From: Chthonomonadales bacterium | GTDB taxonomy: Bacteria > Armatimonadota > Chthonomonadetes > Chthonomonadales > CAJBBX01 | Length of the DNA stretch: 63,567 nucleotides | Direction: 5' to 3' | Assembly (NCBI GenBank): GCA_049967475.1 | Contig: JBMFSQ010000020.1 | Location: 1-63,567 of the forward strand | Shown: positions 18,446 through 27,999 of the stretch, piece by piece | Layout: the number at the start of each line of letters is the position of its first letter | Position numbering within the stretch: position 1 is the first letter of the stretch | Position numbers and translations under genes: made by a program | Notes under the pieces: model-generated | What the model was told of the DNA's origin: nothing | Databases searched by the model: none | What the model saw: the letters and a program-made list of their open reading frames with translations, nothing else

Positions 18446-18474
18446 ATTATACCATCAACAGAGCCGGCGCGCAA
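18446..18474 (-). promoter_or_regulatory. Sigma-70 promoter for the hydroxylase gene
   Basis: TTGCGC-17 bp-TATAAT with extended TG on the minus strand. Confidence 0.6.
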
Positions 18475-18597
18475 TAGTGCGGCCGCCCGTCCCCTCCGTC
18501 CGGGCGGAAATGTACGGGAAACACCGTTTCCCCGTGCACGTTCTTGGCGGCAAACAGGAATAGGTATCTTGAGCACGGAGATTACCGCGCATTCTAA

Positions 18598-18626
18598 TTG
18601 ACAGACCGCCCGGAAGCCATTATACT
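18598..18626 (+). promoter_or_regulatory. Sigma-70 promoter for the outer-membrane barrel pair
   Basis: TTGACA-17 bp-TATACT. Confidence 0.75.
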
Positions 18627-18687
18627 GGAGTTGCCGTGAAGCTGTGCCGATGACGCTTCGGCAAAGTGAACCAAGGAGGACATCCTC

Positions 18688-19257
18688 GTGAAAGCCTTTG
18701 CGCAACGATCACCCCTCGCTCTGCTGCTTTCCGCCCTGATCTGCGGCATGTTCTGTCAACTCACCCTGCCGGCCCGTGCCGATGAAGCGCCCTCCATCCC
18801 GGCGATCTCCATAAAGCTCGGAGGCTTCCTGCCCACTCAATCTCACATGAAGGACCAAGCCGGCCAAAGCTGGTGGGCCTTCGGAGTGGATTACCGCCCG
18901 CCCTTCCATTATCACCCTCTCGGAGCCAACGTCCACGTGGGAGCGGATATCGTTTGGCATGGGTCGTCCAACGAGTCGTTCAACGTAACCGACATAACCG
19001 GCAAGCTCGTTTGGAGCATCACGCCTTTGGGCAGCCATCCCAGGATTTGGGGAGGTTTGGGCGGCGGCCTCTATTACATCAACACTCCGCACATGGCGGG
19101 TAATCCCACGGCCGGGGCCAAGTTCGTGATGGGGATAGACTTTTCCGACCGCGTATTCTTCGAAGCGGATTACGACTGGGTGGGGGGCTTTACCGACAGC
19201 CTCGGCAACGACTTGCGAGCGGATGGTGTGACACTGGCTCTGGGCGTCCGCTTCTGA
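18688..19257 (+). CDS. Outer-membrane beta-barrel protein (small, OmpA/OmpW-like)
   Basis: Signal peptide; alternating amphipathic strands; GLGGGLY; C-terminal LGVRF; AAGGAGG RBS. Confidence 0.75.
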   Translation: MKAFAQRSPLALLLSALICGMFCQLTLPARADEAPSIPAISIKLGGFLPTQSHMKDQAGQSWWAFGVDYRPPFHYHPLGANVHVGADIVWHGSSNESFNVTDITGKLVWSITPLGSHPRIWGGLGGGLYYINTPHMAGNPTAGAKFVMGIDFSDRVFFEADYDWVGGFTDSLGNDLRADGVTLALGVRF

Positions 19258-19314
19258 GGAGGCCGCCTTCAACCAGGCGTCGCGGCTGCGACGGCCATCG
19301 CCGGAGGATCGAGT

Positions 19315-19839
19315 ATGGCGGGCATGGTGCGCTCTGGGCAACACGCAACGTTGGTGCTTGCCGTGATGTCCCTCCTGTGCGCTCAAGTCCAGGCGCAAGG
19401 CTTCTTCCCAAACCTCCGCATCAAGGCCGGCGTGTTCATACCCAGCGGCGGAACCCTGGCCAAGGGGACCGGCGATCTTTGGTTCAAGATCGGGGCGGAC
19501 GCGGCCTTGCCGCTCGGCTTCACGCTTCTTGGCGGCACGACACGAGCCGGTATCGAATACACGGCCCGCGGATCCAGCAGCATCGTGCCCATCACCCTCA
19601 CACAGGTTTTGCAACCCTCCCTCACCCTAGGACATAGCCCCGTCTATGTGGGCGGCGGGATTGGGCTATGGACGGTGCATGTGGCGGGTGCCGGGTCCGG
19701 CAGCAACCTAGGGTTCCGGGTGCTGGGAGGCGTAGAGATAGGGCGCAGTTCCTTCATCGAGGTGGAGTACGACTTTGTGGGCCGTGTACACGGGGTGAAT
19801 ACGGACGGTCTCACGATTTCGGCAGGTCTCCGCTTCTAA
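19315..19839 (+). CDS. Outer-membrane beta-barrel protein, paralog of the preceding gene
   Basis: Signal peptide; IKAGVFIP, YVGGGIG, FIEVEYDFV and C-terminal AGLRF parallel the upstream gene. Confidence 0.75.
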   Translation: MAGMVRSGQHATLVLAVMSLLCAQVQAQGFFPNLRIKAGVFIPSGGTLAKGTGDLWFKIGADAALPLGFTLLGGTTRAGIEYTARGSSSIVPITLTQVLQPSLTLGHSPVYVGGGIGLWTVHVAGAGSGSNLGFRVLGGVEIGRSSFIEVEYDFVGRVHGVNTDGLTISAGLRF

Positions 19840-19857
19840 CGATATAGGCGCCGACTG

Positions 19858-19886
19858 TTGAAGCTCCATCGAGTATCGGCTATAAT
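19858..19886 (+). promoter_or_regulatory. Sigma-70 promoter
   Basis: TTGAAG-17 bp-TATAAT. Confidence 0.65.
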
Positions 19887-19932
19887 CACTGCGCTGCATT
19901 CTCTATTCCAAACGTTTGTGTTGGAGGTCACC

Positions 19933-20067
19933 ATGCGTATTCGCCAAAAGGAGATCCGCGTCCGCCGCAAGCGCGAAGAGGAGCGCATTAAAGCCGCGAT
20001 CAAAGCCGCCAAGGCTGCCAAAGCCGCTCCACCCTCCCGGGCCAGAACTCGTAAGGCAACTGCCTGA
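19933..20067 (+). CDS. Small basic protein (DUF6800-like), 44 aa
   Basis: GGAGG RBS, own promoter, MRIRQKEIRVRRKR start. Confidence 0.65.
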   Translation: MRIRQKEIRVRRKREEERIKAAIKAAKAAKAAPPSRARTRKATA

Positions 20068-20126
20068 TATCGTCCATTCCTGGACCGAGCTGTCCACACC
20101 TCTTTTCCCGTCAACAACCTAGACCA

Positions 20127-20933
20127 ATGGGGAACCGGTCCCTGCGCAACCGTGTCGTGGTGGTCACCGGCGCATCCGCAGGCATCGGGCGCGAGGCGGC
20201 GCGCCTCTTCAGCCGGGAGGGCAGCCACGTAGTCGCTGCAGCGCGCCGGCGCAACCGCCTGGAAGAGCTTTGTTCGGAATTGAGCGCTGCCGGTGCTCGA
20301 TGCCTCGCTGTGACCACAGATGTGTCCCAGCGGGATCAGGTGCAGAGGCTTCTGGATGCCACGCTCGAACATTTCGGTCGAGTGGACGTGTGGGTGAATA
20401 ACGCTGGATGCGGTTTGGCCGGACCCATCGAGGCTACGAGCGAACAAGACCTCCAGCAGATCTTGGCCGTCAACTTTATGGGTGTTTTCCATGGGTGCCA
20501 GGTGGCCTTGCAGCAGATGCGGCGGCAAGGGAACGGACACATCATCAACGTGTCCTCCCTCATTACGAAGTTTCCCCTCCCGTTCCATGGGGCCTATACG
20601 GCTGCAAAGTGCGCGGTGAACGGCCTCACGGAGGCTTTAGCCCTGGAATTGGAAGGCAGCGGCATCCGCGTGAGCCTCATCCTGCCCGGAGTTACGGACA
20701 CGGAATTCACCCAAGCCATGGTGCGCAGAATGGAGGATGCTCCGAGCGGTCCCTCCATCCCTGCCGCATCGGCCGGGAGGGTAGCCCGCGCCATAGTGCA
20801 TTGCGCGCGAAAGCCGCGTCCTGTGGTCACGTGTCTGCCGGCAGCTCCGGTCGTCACCGCCTTCTTCGAGCTGTGCCCCTCCCTATGGCGCATGGCCGCC
20901 CGGCAGTATCGCAAAGTGCGCGGCGGAGCCTAG
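20127..20933 (+). CDS. SDR family oxidoreductase
   Basis: TGASAGIG, NNAG and YTAAK motifs. Confidence 0.9.
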   Translation: MGNRSLRNRVVVVTGASAGIGREAARLFSREGSHVVAAARRRNRLEELCSELSAAGARCLAVTTDVSQRDQVQRLLDATLEHFGRVDVWVNNAGCGLAGPIEATSEQDLQQILAVNFMGVFHGCQVALQQMRRQGNGHIINVSSLITKFPLPFHGAYTAAKCAVNGLTEALALELEGSGIRVSLILPGVTDTEFTQAMVRRMEDAPSGPSIPAASAGRVARAIVHCARKPRPVVTCLPAAPVVTAFFELCPSLWRMAARQYRKVRGGA

Positions 20934-23900
20934 GGCAAAGGAGTCCGGGGCCCGCCCACCGCCCTCCCCTACGCCGTCCGTGAGAAGCACCAACTCATCG
21001 GCCGGCATCGCCAATTCATAACTGCCCTCCTTGCGGCGCATCTTCACCGCCGCTACTCGACGCAGTACGCCCCTATGCCATTCTACGATGAAGGCGCGCA
21101 AGCCGCGGACGTTGCTGCGGACACGCAAAACAGAGCCGCGTACCACGGCAGCCGCCAACATCCGCGAGGAGGCAAGCGGCTGACCGTCCATTGCGATAAG
21201 CATCCATGGCGTGTCGCCCCGGGCAACAGCGCGGCCATTGGCGATGAGGGACCCGTCCCCAGTAGCGGCGATCAGCCCGCCGCGATCGTCGGCGACGGCC
21301 AGGCACGGCCACTTGGGAGATGGGTTCCAGACGCACTTCAGATTACCCACAGAAAGACGCACAGCACTGCCGAAGCGTGCGCCCGAGCAGGGCAAGGGGA
21401 AAGCTGCCAAAAGCCGGCGCCTCCATGCGGCATGCCGCACGCTCAGACACGGACCCGGCCGGCGTAATGTGTGGAGGCCCATCGCTCGAGCAAGTCGGAG
21501 ATACAGATTGCGGTGAAGATCCAGAACCAAACCGGCATCGGCGCCGAACAAATCCCGGCCTTCCAGCAATTCCCAGGGAACCGTGCAAAGGAATAAGGCG
21601 CCCCGTCCTACGTGCGTCCTACGCACGGGCCACGGCCATGGCTCGGAAGCTCCGCGCAAAGCCCAATCGCCCAGAGCCCAGGCAACGCCTCCCGGAGGAG
21701 CAGACGCATACACCGCCGTTCCCTTGGATGCCAGGGACATCAGTGCCTGCACGTCCCGGGAAGACAGCGAGCCTGCCAGCGGAACAAACACAGCCTTTGG
21801 CGGAAGCGCCGCCAGTCGTGCAATATCCTTCTGATCCGCGATCTCGAAGGGAACCCCCAGTGCAAGCATACATTGGATGGCGTTCATAAGGGCGGACCAG
21901 GCGGCGTCCTGCGGGGCGCCCAATCGGAAGGCATCCGGCAGTACGAAGACCACATCGGCCCGGGGCTTTACCACACCCGCCACTGCTGCCAAGACCGAAA
22001 GGTTCCGGTAGAGCTTCAGCACAGGCTTGGGTCGGAGTGGGTTGTTCCAGGCGATGCCCCATGGGAAGACGCTGTCCGGATCATCCGCCCAGCACCAGTT
22101 CTGGATCTTGCCGGCGCCGTAGGCCAGGGCGGCGTGGACCATCCACCAGAAGAGTTCCTGCTGCTGAAGCGGCGTGCGGCGGATATGGTATCCGGAGGCC
22201 CCGCGCTCCGGCAGCCAGGCATCGTGCGTCTTCACGCCAAACTCGCCGATATTGATGCCTTTCCCGGCGAAGCTCATATCGTTCCACCGAAGGGTTGCGG
22301 CGAGCCTGGCTAAGTCCAGCCCGGGGGCGTCGAAGTATCCGATGTTGGCTACATCCATGCCGTCCATGGTCAGCCGCAGGTCAGTACCCCCGAAGGGGCG
22401 CTGGTAATACTCTGCTGTGATGGGATGGATGGGATCCACAGCCCGTATGGCGGCGGTAAGCGCACCGACCCATCGCCGAACCAGGTAGACCTCGAAGTCG
22501 GCGGTGTCGCGAGCGCGTTGATCATGCCAAGAGCGCGCCGAGTAGCCGGCTGGAGGAATGCTGCCGAGGGGCTCGCGCGGAGCTGCAGCTCCCCATGCGG
22601 CACGCAGCGCCCCGTCTGAGCGGTAGCGCTCCACTAGGAATGCGTTCCATAGCCTCCGGAGTTCGGGCGTGTCCTTCAGGTGAAGCTGGAAATCGCCGTT
22701 TAGGTAATAGATCAGACCAGGAACATCTCGGTAGCGCCGTGCGAACTCTGCACAGAATGCAGCCTGCCGGCGCAGCGTGTCCTCGTCCACCGCTACGTCA
22801 TGCCCCACCAACAGCCCGGCCATGTACACCAGGCCGAACCTTTGGGCAAGCTGCACGACACCATCAATCTGCCTCCACTGCTTCTGTGTGAAACGGTAAT
22901 CGGGCGGTGTGTACTGCAGGTTCTCGAAAACGCGGAGGCCGTAATCCCGCATGAGGCTCAGGTCATGGAACCATGTGAGGGGATCCTCCGACGGCGAGAG
23001 GAACATGTTGGCGTAGGTGTCGGTGCCGAAGAGGATCTGGGGTACCCGGGAAGCGCCAAGGTAAAACGCGTTGCCTCGGAAGTGAACGCGCGTCCCGCCG
23101 GCAAGGACAGAAGGGCTGTACACGCAGAAGCCCGTGTCGGATGCGTCCAGGAGAGAGCCGGAACCTCCGGAAGCTCCCGGTGAGTGCACACTCGCGGACA
23201 CCTGCACGAAGTCCGGTGCGCCCGCCGGCACATTCCACTCGAACTCCTCCTGCGCATCATGCAAGGGCGCCAGGTTCAAATCCCGCTGGAAGCAAGCGAG
23301 TTCGCGCGAGATGCCGATTGCACCGCGCCCCACCAATCGCATCTTCAGGCGCACCAAACGGGGAGCCTGAGACCGGTTGATGCACCGCACCACAATGCGG
23401 GCCGCCTCTCCCTGGCGGTAGGTCGCCTCACCGACCGTTACCGCCTCGAGGTGCACCCCGGTAGCCAACAGCCTGCCAATTTGCCTTAGAAGCTGTTCGC
23501 CTTGCTGCCCTCCGAACAAATCCCGATTGGTGACGCCGAAGAGCACCCACGTACCGCCCTTGAAAGGGCCCTCTCTCCAATAAACCATGGAGCCGGCTGT
23601 GCCGGCAAACCTTCCGTATTCGTCCAACACATTTACGAGAGGCCGCCACCGGCCGCTTTGGCGAAGTTGAGCGGTAGCTTCATAACCTTCTACCAGTCCG
23701 GAAGACTTGCAATCCTTGGCGATGCCGCTTCCCTGGGCTGGAACCAAGCTTACGCCGCGTAGCGGCTGATCCGGGCTGAAGAGGGTGAGCTGATCCGGCT
23801 CGATGCGCAGCCCGTCCTCCGGTACGCCGTAGTGGGCGTTGATGGTGATCTCCCGAGGCACAGCCGCACAGGTTACCTCGGTAAAGCGGAAGAGCCCCTT

Positions 23901-24758
23901 TGCGCGGTAGAGACCCGCCTGGAATTCGACGCGGGCCGCATCAGGAGCCGTGTCAATAATCGCTTCGAAGCGGTTCCAGCGCATCGAGGTGCCCGTGAGA
24001 TGAGCAAAGTCCTGCCACTTGACCAGCGCGCCTGCGGCGTTGAACTGATAAACTGCCAGGAACCCGAACCCCGGCCCTTCCACTCTGTCGGCACGGGCAA
24101 CGGCACCTACCAGGTAGCGACGACCGGGCTGAACGTCGAGGCGATAGGTCCACCGCGCTCCGCCGCCGGGAACGTCCTGGCGAACCTCGCCGGCCCAGAT
24201 ACCCGGCCGAGGCCCTTCGTCCGTGATGCGGCATGCATCGGGCGACCCCATCTGCCATCCGTCCAGCCCTCGAGCGAAGTTTCCGTTGGGAACGAGGCTC
24301 CGGCGGATGTCTCTCGCGGCAGCCATGGCATGCTGTGTCACACTCTCCTGAAAGACCCACCGGCCGTCTTCGCGCACTACGGGGCGGTCAAAGGCATACC
24401 CGCCGCACGTCCACAAGTCTCCTCCTGCCTTCAGGAATGCCAGAAGCGTCTGGCGCGCTTCCACAGGGAAGACAGGTCCGGTGGGAACGATCAAGAGATT
24501 GAAGTGCTCAATGTTGAAGGCGCTTCCGTCCGCCAATTGCGCCGCATCCAAAGGCGTAACCGAGATGCCTTCTTTACCCAGCGCCGTTACCCACGGCGCA
24601 AGCGATGTGGAGGGCCCGGCTACAGGCAGGGTCGGATCCCAAAGGATGGCAGCCCGATATCCCGGCGCCACGCTTTGAACGAATGCGCCGGCAGGTGCCG
24701 CAAAGAGGAGGGCGCATGTCACGGCGATCCCTGTCCATCCAAACGCCCGGGCGAGCAA
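20883..24758 (-). CDS. Large exported multidomain glycoside-hydrolase-like protein (CBM4/9-like domain plus GH-A/GH42-like barrel)
   Basis: Signal peptide; LVPNGNF carbohydrate-binding-type domain; LRRLWNAFL.ERY, DPIHPIT and IGEFG; last gene of the sugar ABC operon. Start set at TTG 24758 because the longer ORF runs into the permease. Confidence 0.65.
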   Translation of the reverse strand: MLARAFGWTGIAVTCALLFAAPAGAFVQSVAPGYRAAILWDPTLPVAGPSTSLAPWVTALGKEGISVTPLDAAQLADGSAFNIEHFNLLIVPTGPVFPVEARQTLLAFLKAGGDLWTCGGYAFDRPVVREDGRWVFQESVTQHAMAAARDIRRSLVPNGNFARGLDGWQMGSPDACRITDEGPRPGIWAGEVRQDVPGGGARWTYRLDVQPGRRYLVGAVARADRVEGPGFGFLAVYQFNAAGALVKWQDFAHLTGTSMRWNRFEAIIDTAPDAARVEFQAGLYRAKGLFRFTEVTCAAVPREITINAHYGVPEDGLRIEPDQLTLFSPDQPLRGVSLVPAQGSGIAKDCKSSGLVEGYEATAQLRQSGRWRPLVNVLDEYGRFAGTAGSMVYWREGPFKGGTWVLFGVTNRDLFGGQQGEQLLRQIGRLLATGVHLEAVTVGEATYRQGEAARIVVRCINRSQAPRLVRLKMRLVGRGAIGISRELACFQRDLNLAPLHDAQEEFEWNVPAGAPDFVQVSASVHSPGASGGSGSLLDASDTGFCVYSPSVLAGGTRVHFRGNAFYLGASRVPQILFGTDTYANMFLSPSEDPLTWFHDLSLMRDYGLRVFENLQYTPPDYRFTQKQWRQIDGVVQLAQRFGLVYMAGLLVGHDVAVDEDTLRRQAAFCAEFARRYRDVPGLIYYLNGDFQLHLKDTPELRRLWNAFLVERYRSDGALRAAWGAAAPREPLGSIPPAGYSARSWHDQRARDTADFEVYLVRRWVGALTAAIRAVDPIHPITAEYYQRPFGGTDLRLTMDGMDVANIGYFDAPGLDLARLAATLRWNDMSFAGKGINIGEFGVKTHDAWLPERGASGYHIRRTPLQQQELFWWMVHAALAYGAGKIQNWCWADDPDSVFPWGIAWNNPLRPKPVLKLYRNLSVLAAVAGVVKPRADVVFVLPDAFRLGAPQDAAWSALMNAIQCMLALGVPFEIADQKDIARLAALPPKAVFVPLAGSLSSRDVQALMSLASKGTAVYASAPPGGVAWALGDWALRGASEPWPWPVRRTHVGRGALFLCTVPWELLEGRDLFGADAGLVLDLHRNLYLRLARAMGLHTLRRPGPCLSVRHAAWRRRLLAAFPLPCSGARFGSAVRLSVGNLKCVWNPSPKWPCLAVADDRGGLIAATGDGSLIANGRAVARGDTPWMLIAMDGQPLASSRMLAAAVVRGSVLRVRSNVRGLRAFIVEWHRGVLRRVAAVKMRRKEGSYELAMPADELVLLTDGVGEGGGRAPDSFALGSAAHFAILPGGHAP

Positions 24759-24766
24759 CCGATACG

Positions 24767-25666
24767 CTAGCCCTTGATGCCGGTAAGGGCGATGCCCTGT
24801 ATGAATTGCTTCTGGGTAAAAAAGAACAGGATGATGACCGGAGCAATGACGATGGTGGATGCTGCCATCAAAAGGTGCCATTGGGTGCCCCCATGCTGGC
24901 TTTGGTAGAATTGGAGCCCCAGGGAGAGCGTAAACGTCTTCTGGTCCAAAAGATAGATGAGGGGTCCCAGGAAGTCGCGCCAGGTTCCCATGAACTGAAA
25001 GAGGGCCACAACGGCCAATGCCGGCTTGGAGAGGGGAAGGATGATCTGCCGGAAGATGCCCCATTCCGAAGCCCCGTCAATGCGGGCGGCCTCGGAAAGC
25101 TCGAAGGGGATGGTGCGGAAGAACTGCCGCAGCAGGAAGATGAAGAAGGCATTGCCGAACCAGGCGGGCACCCACAATGGCCGGAATGTGCCGATCCATC
25201 CCAATCCCTTGAATAACGCGTACACGGGCACCATGAGCACGGGGAAGGGCACCATCATCGTGGCCAGTGTAGCCGCAAATGCCAGGTCACGGCCCGGCCA
25301 CCGAAGGCGGGCGAAAGCATAAGCCACTACGGCGTTGCTGAACACCACCCCAGCCACGGTGAGGATGCAGAGGATGAGCGTGTTGCGCCCATAGACCAGG
25401 AACGGAATGTACCCCAGTTTGTCGGCCTCGTAGACGAAGGCGTCGCGATAGTTGTGCCACTGAGGATGAGCAGGGAAGAACGTGGGCGGCTGCCGCATCG
25501 TCTCTTCGATGGGTTTGAGCGATGTGGACACGAGCCAGAAGAGCGGAAACAGGAACATCACGGAGAGCACCATGAGAACCAGGTGCAACAGCCACTCATG
25601 ACGCTGCTTGTGGATGGAAGAAGATTTTCGGCTCCGCCTCACAGGGCTCATGTTTTCGGCGCCCAT
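24767..25666 (-). CDS. Carbohydrate ABC transporter permease (MalG-like)
   Basis: EAARIDGA EAA loop, AYAFAR and FLLRQFF motifs. Confidence 0.93.
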   Translation of the reverse strand: MGAENMSPVRRSRKSSSIHKQRHEWLLHLVLMVLSVMFLFPLFWLVSTSLKPIEETMRQPPTFFPAHPQWHNYRDAFVYEADKLGYIPFLVYGRNTLILCILTVAGVVFSNAVVAYAFARLRWPGRDLAFAATLATMMVPFPVLMVPVYALFKGLGWIGTFRPLWVPAWFGNAFFIFLLRQFFRTIPFELSEAARIDGASEWGIFRQIILPLSKPALAVVALFQFMGTWRDFLGPLIYLLDQKTFTLSLGLQFYQSQHGGTQWHLLMAASTIVIAPVIILFFFTQKQFIQGIALTGIKG

Positions 25667-25673
25667 CGCGTTC

Positions 25674-26588
25674 TCAACTCCCCTGGTAATAGACATGCCG
25701 TTCCGAAAGGCGCAAGGCCAACATCGTCAGCAGAAGGATGATCACGAACATGATCCAACCCATGGCGCACGCATAGCCCATCTTATGGTATCGAAAGGCG
25801 TTGTCAAACAGATACATGGTGTAGAAGTACGTGGAACGGGCTGGGGAGCCTCCAGGAAACATTACATAAGGCTCGGCGAATACTTGCAAAGCGCCAATGA
25901 TGCCCATGATGAGGTTGAACAGGATCACGGGCGAGAGCATGGGAAGCGTTACATTGCGCGTTTTGGACCACCAGCCGGCGCCATCCAGATCGGCTGCCTC
26001 GTAGAGATCCACAGGAACGTCTTGCAGGCCGGCCAGATAGATCACCATGGAGTTGCCTGCGCCCCAAAGGGCTAGAAGCGCAAGCGCGGGTTTGGACCAG
26101 GCCGGGTCCCCAAGCCAGTTGGGTGTCGGCAGATGCATCAGATGAAGCACATAGTTGAGGATGCCGTGCTCGCCGTTGAATACCCATAACCACAAAACCG
26201 CCAAGGGAATGGTGGGCACCAACGAAGGAAGGAAGAAGATGGTGCGATAGACGGCGAGGCCCTTCACCTTTGCGTTGAGCAGCATGGCCAGGGAGATTGC
26301 CACCATCATCCCAAGGGGGAGTGCCATTGCTGCATAGACCAGCGTGTTCTTGAGGCTCGTCCAGAAAACGTCATCGCGTGCCAGGTCGGCGTAATTCTGC
26401 ATCCCGATCCATACGGGGTTTCTCAGCACGGAGTAATCGCAGAAGCTGTAGTAGATGGACGCTACGAGGGGATAGAGCAGGAACAGGCTGAAGCCCAGGA
26501 TCCAGGGCGCTACAAAAAGCAGGGCGATGCGGGTTTCGTTTCGTCCCAGGGATCTGGCGGCGGTTGGGGCCTTGCGTGCGGGCATCAT
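25674..26588 (-). CDS. Carbohydrate ABC transporter permease (MalF-like)
   Basis: YLAGLQDVP.DLYEAADLDGA and ITLP-like VTLPMLSP motifs. Confidence 0.93.
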   Translation of the reverse strand: MMPARKAPTAARSLGRNETRIALLFVAPWILGFSLFLLYPLVASIYYSFCDYSVLRNPVWIGMQNYADLARDDVFWTSLKNTLVYAAMALPLGMMVAISLAMLLNAKVKGLAVYRTIFFLPSLVPTIPLAVLWLWVFNGEHGILNYVLHLMHLPTPNWLGDPAWSKPALALLALWGAGNSMVIYLAGLQDVPVDLYEAADLDGAGWWSKTRNVTLPMLSPVILFNLIMGIIGALQVFAEPYVMFPGGSPARSTYFYTMYLFDNAFRYHKMGYACAMGWIMFVIILLLTMLALRLSERHVYYQGS

Positions 26589-27916
26589 CGCACATCCCCC
26601 CGCAGGCGAAGCAGGCGCAGGTATTCATCCAATTTCGGCTGCATCCGCTGTTGTACGGCATCGAGCGCCTCTTTGGGGGTCTTTTTCAGCAGGGTTACCT
26701 CATCGAAGGCGTTGTTCAGTTCGGCGCTGTACTCAGGCCAGATGCCGAGCTTGGGCGGAAAGATGGTGTTCTTGCCGCGGGGCAGTTCGGCAAAGAGTTT
26801 GATGTAAGGGTTGGGGTGGTGCGCCAGGAACTCCGGGCTCACCCGAATGAGGGGAGTGTGCTTCTTCTGGCCGAGGCAGAGCATCTCCATGCCCTTCTGG
26901 GATTGGACGAAGGCGATGAACTGAAAGGCCTCTTCGGGGTGTTTGGCTCCGCGGGGGATTACCAGCACGTCTTCATCCACAAAGGTGGAGTTCTTCAGAT
27001 CCGGGCGGTCTGCCGGATACGGGAAGGGGGCGGCAGCCCAGTCCAAGCCCGGGCTGTACATCTGGATGAAGTTGCTCATCCAGACGCCTTGCAATTCCAT
27101 CGCCACCTGTTGGCTCAAAAAGGCGTTTTGCGGCGAAGAGAAATTCCCGAAGCCGCTTCTGAAGGTCTGCAGATCGCGCGCCCCGTACTTGACGGAATAG
27201 GAGCGTATCCACTCGAAGGCACGGATGTTCTCGGGAGAATTGGCCGTGATGCGGCTCACTCCATCCCACAAACGCCCCCCGAAAAAGTATCCCCAGCCCC
27301 AGTTCCACCAGCCGGGCTCGGCCGGCATGAAGCCGGCTTTCAGGATGCGGCCCGAGGCATCCCTCCGGTAGATCTTCGCGGCGTAGGCGTCCATCTCCTC
27401 GATGGTGCGGGGCGGACGGTTGGGATCGAGCCCGGCATCGCGAAACATTTGCCGGTTATAATGGAGCGCCGTAGAGGCAGGCGTGGTAGGAAGCGCCCAA
27501 ACATGCCCGCGGTAATAGCCGATATCCCAATAGGCAGGGATGTACTGCGATGCATGGATGCCGTACCTGCGGCAGAAATCGTCCAGAGGCAGGATGGCGC
27601 GGTCATCGGCATATTGCGCAACATTGGGTCCGTAAAGCCCGGCAACGTCCGGAGGGTCTCCACCTGCAGTGGCCAGAAGCGTTTTATCCTCGATGCCGCT
27701 GATGGTGAGAAGGTCTACGTGGACCTTGTTCTGCGAGCGGTTGAAGGCGTCCACCACAGCCCGCATGGCATCCCCCTCGAACCCGGTCCACTTTTCCCAA
27801 TAGGTCACATGGACGGGCCCCACCTGGGGTGCCGGGGCAACAATCCGCTCGCTATACCAGATGGTAAGCGCGATCAAGGCGATTGCTGCGGGTGTGGCGA
27901 GGCGCTGCATCCACAT
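26585..27916 (-). CDS. Sugar ABC transporter substrate-binding protein
   Basis: N-terminal anchor; GDPPDV, ALHYN..MF..AG, PP.T.EE motifs; precedes two permeases. Confidence 0.9.
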   Translation of the reverse strand: MWMQRLATPAAIALIALTIWYSERIVAPAPQVGPVHVTYWEKWTGFEGDAMRAVVDAFNRSQNKVHVDLLTISGIEDKTLLATAGGDPPDVAGLYGPNVAQYADDRAILPLDDFCRRYGIHASQYIPAYWDIGYYRGHVWALPTTPASTALHYNRQMFRDAGLDPNRPPRTIEEMDAYAAKIYRRDASGRILKAGFMPAEPGWWNWGWGYFFGGRLWDGVSRITANSPENIRAFEWIRSYSVKYGARDLQTFRSGFGNFSSPQNAFLSQQVAMELQGVWMSNFIQMYSPGLDWAAAPFPYPADRPDLKNSTFVDEDVLVIPRGAKHPEEAFQFIAFVQSQKGMEMLCLGQKKHTPLIRVSPEFLAHHPNPYIKLFAELPRGKNTIFPPKLGIWPEYSAELNNAFDEVTLLKKTPKEALDAVQQRMQPKLDEYLRLLRLRGDVR

Positions 27917-27999
27917 GGAGCCTGTGATACCGAAGAACAGGAGTTGCTAACGAGTGTACCCGATAGCGGCATCGAGTGCGAAGGAGCACGCGGCAAGGT

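Noticed and set aside
20883..20933. 51-bp convergent overlap of the SDR and glycosidase 3' ends
   Set aside because: Short tail-to-tail overlaps are common in GC-rich genomes; no further signal.
24759..25064. N-terminal extension of the 1393-aa ORF
   Set aside because: Overlaps the permease in another frame; the signal peptide only begins near 24758.
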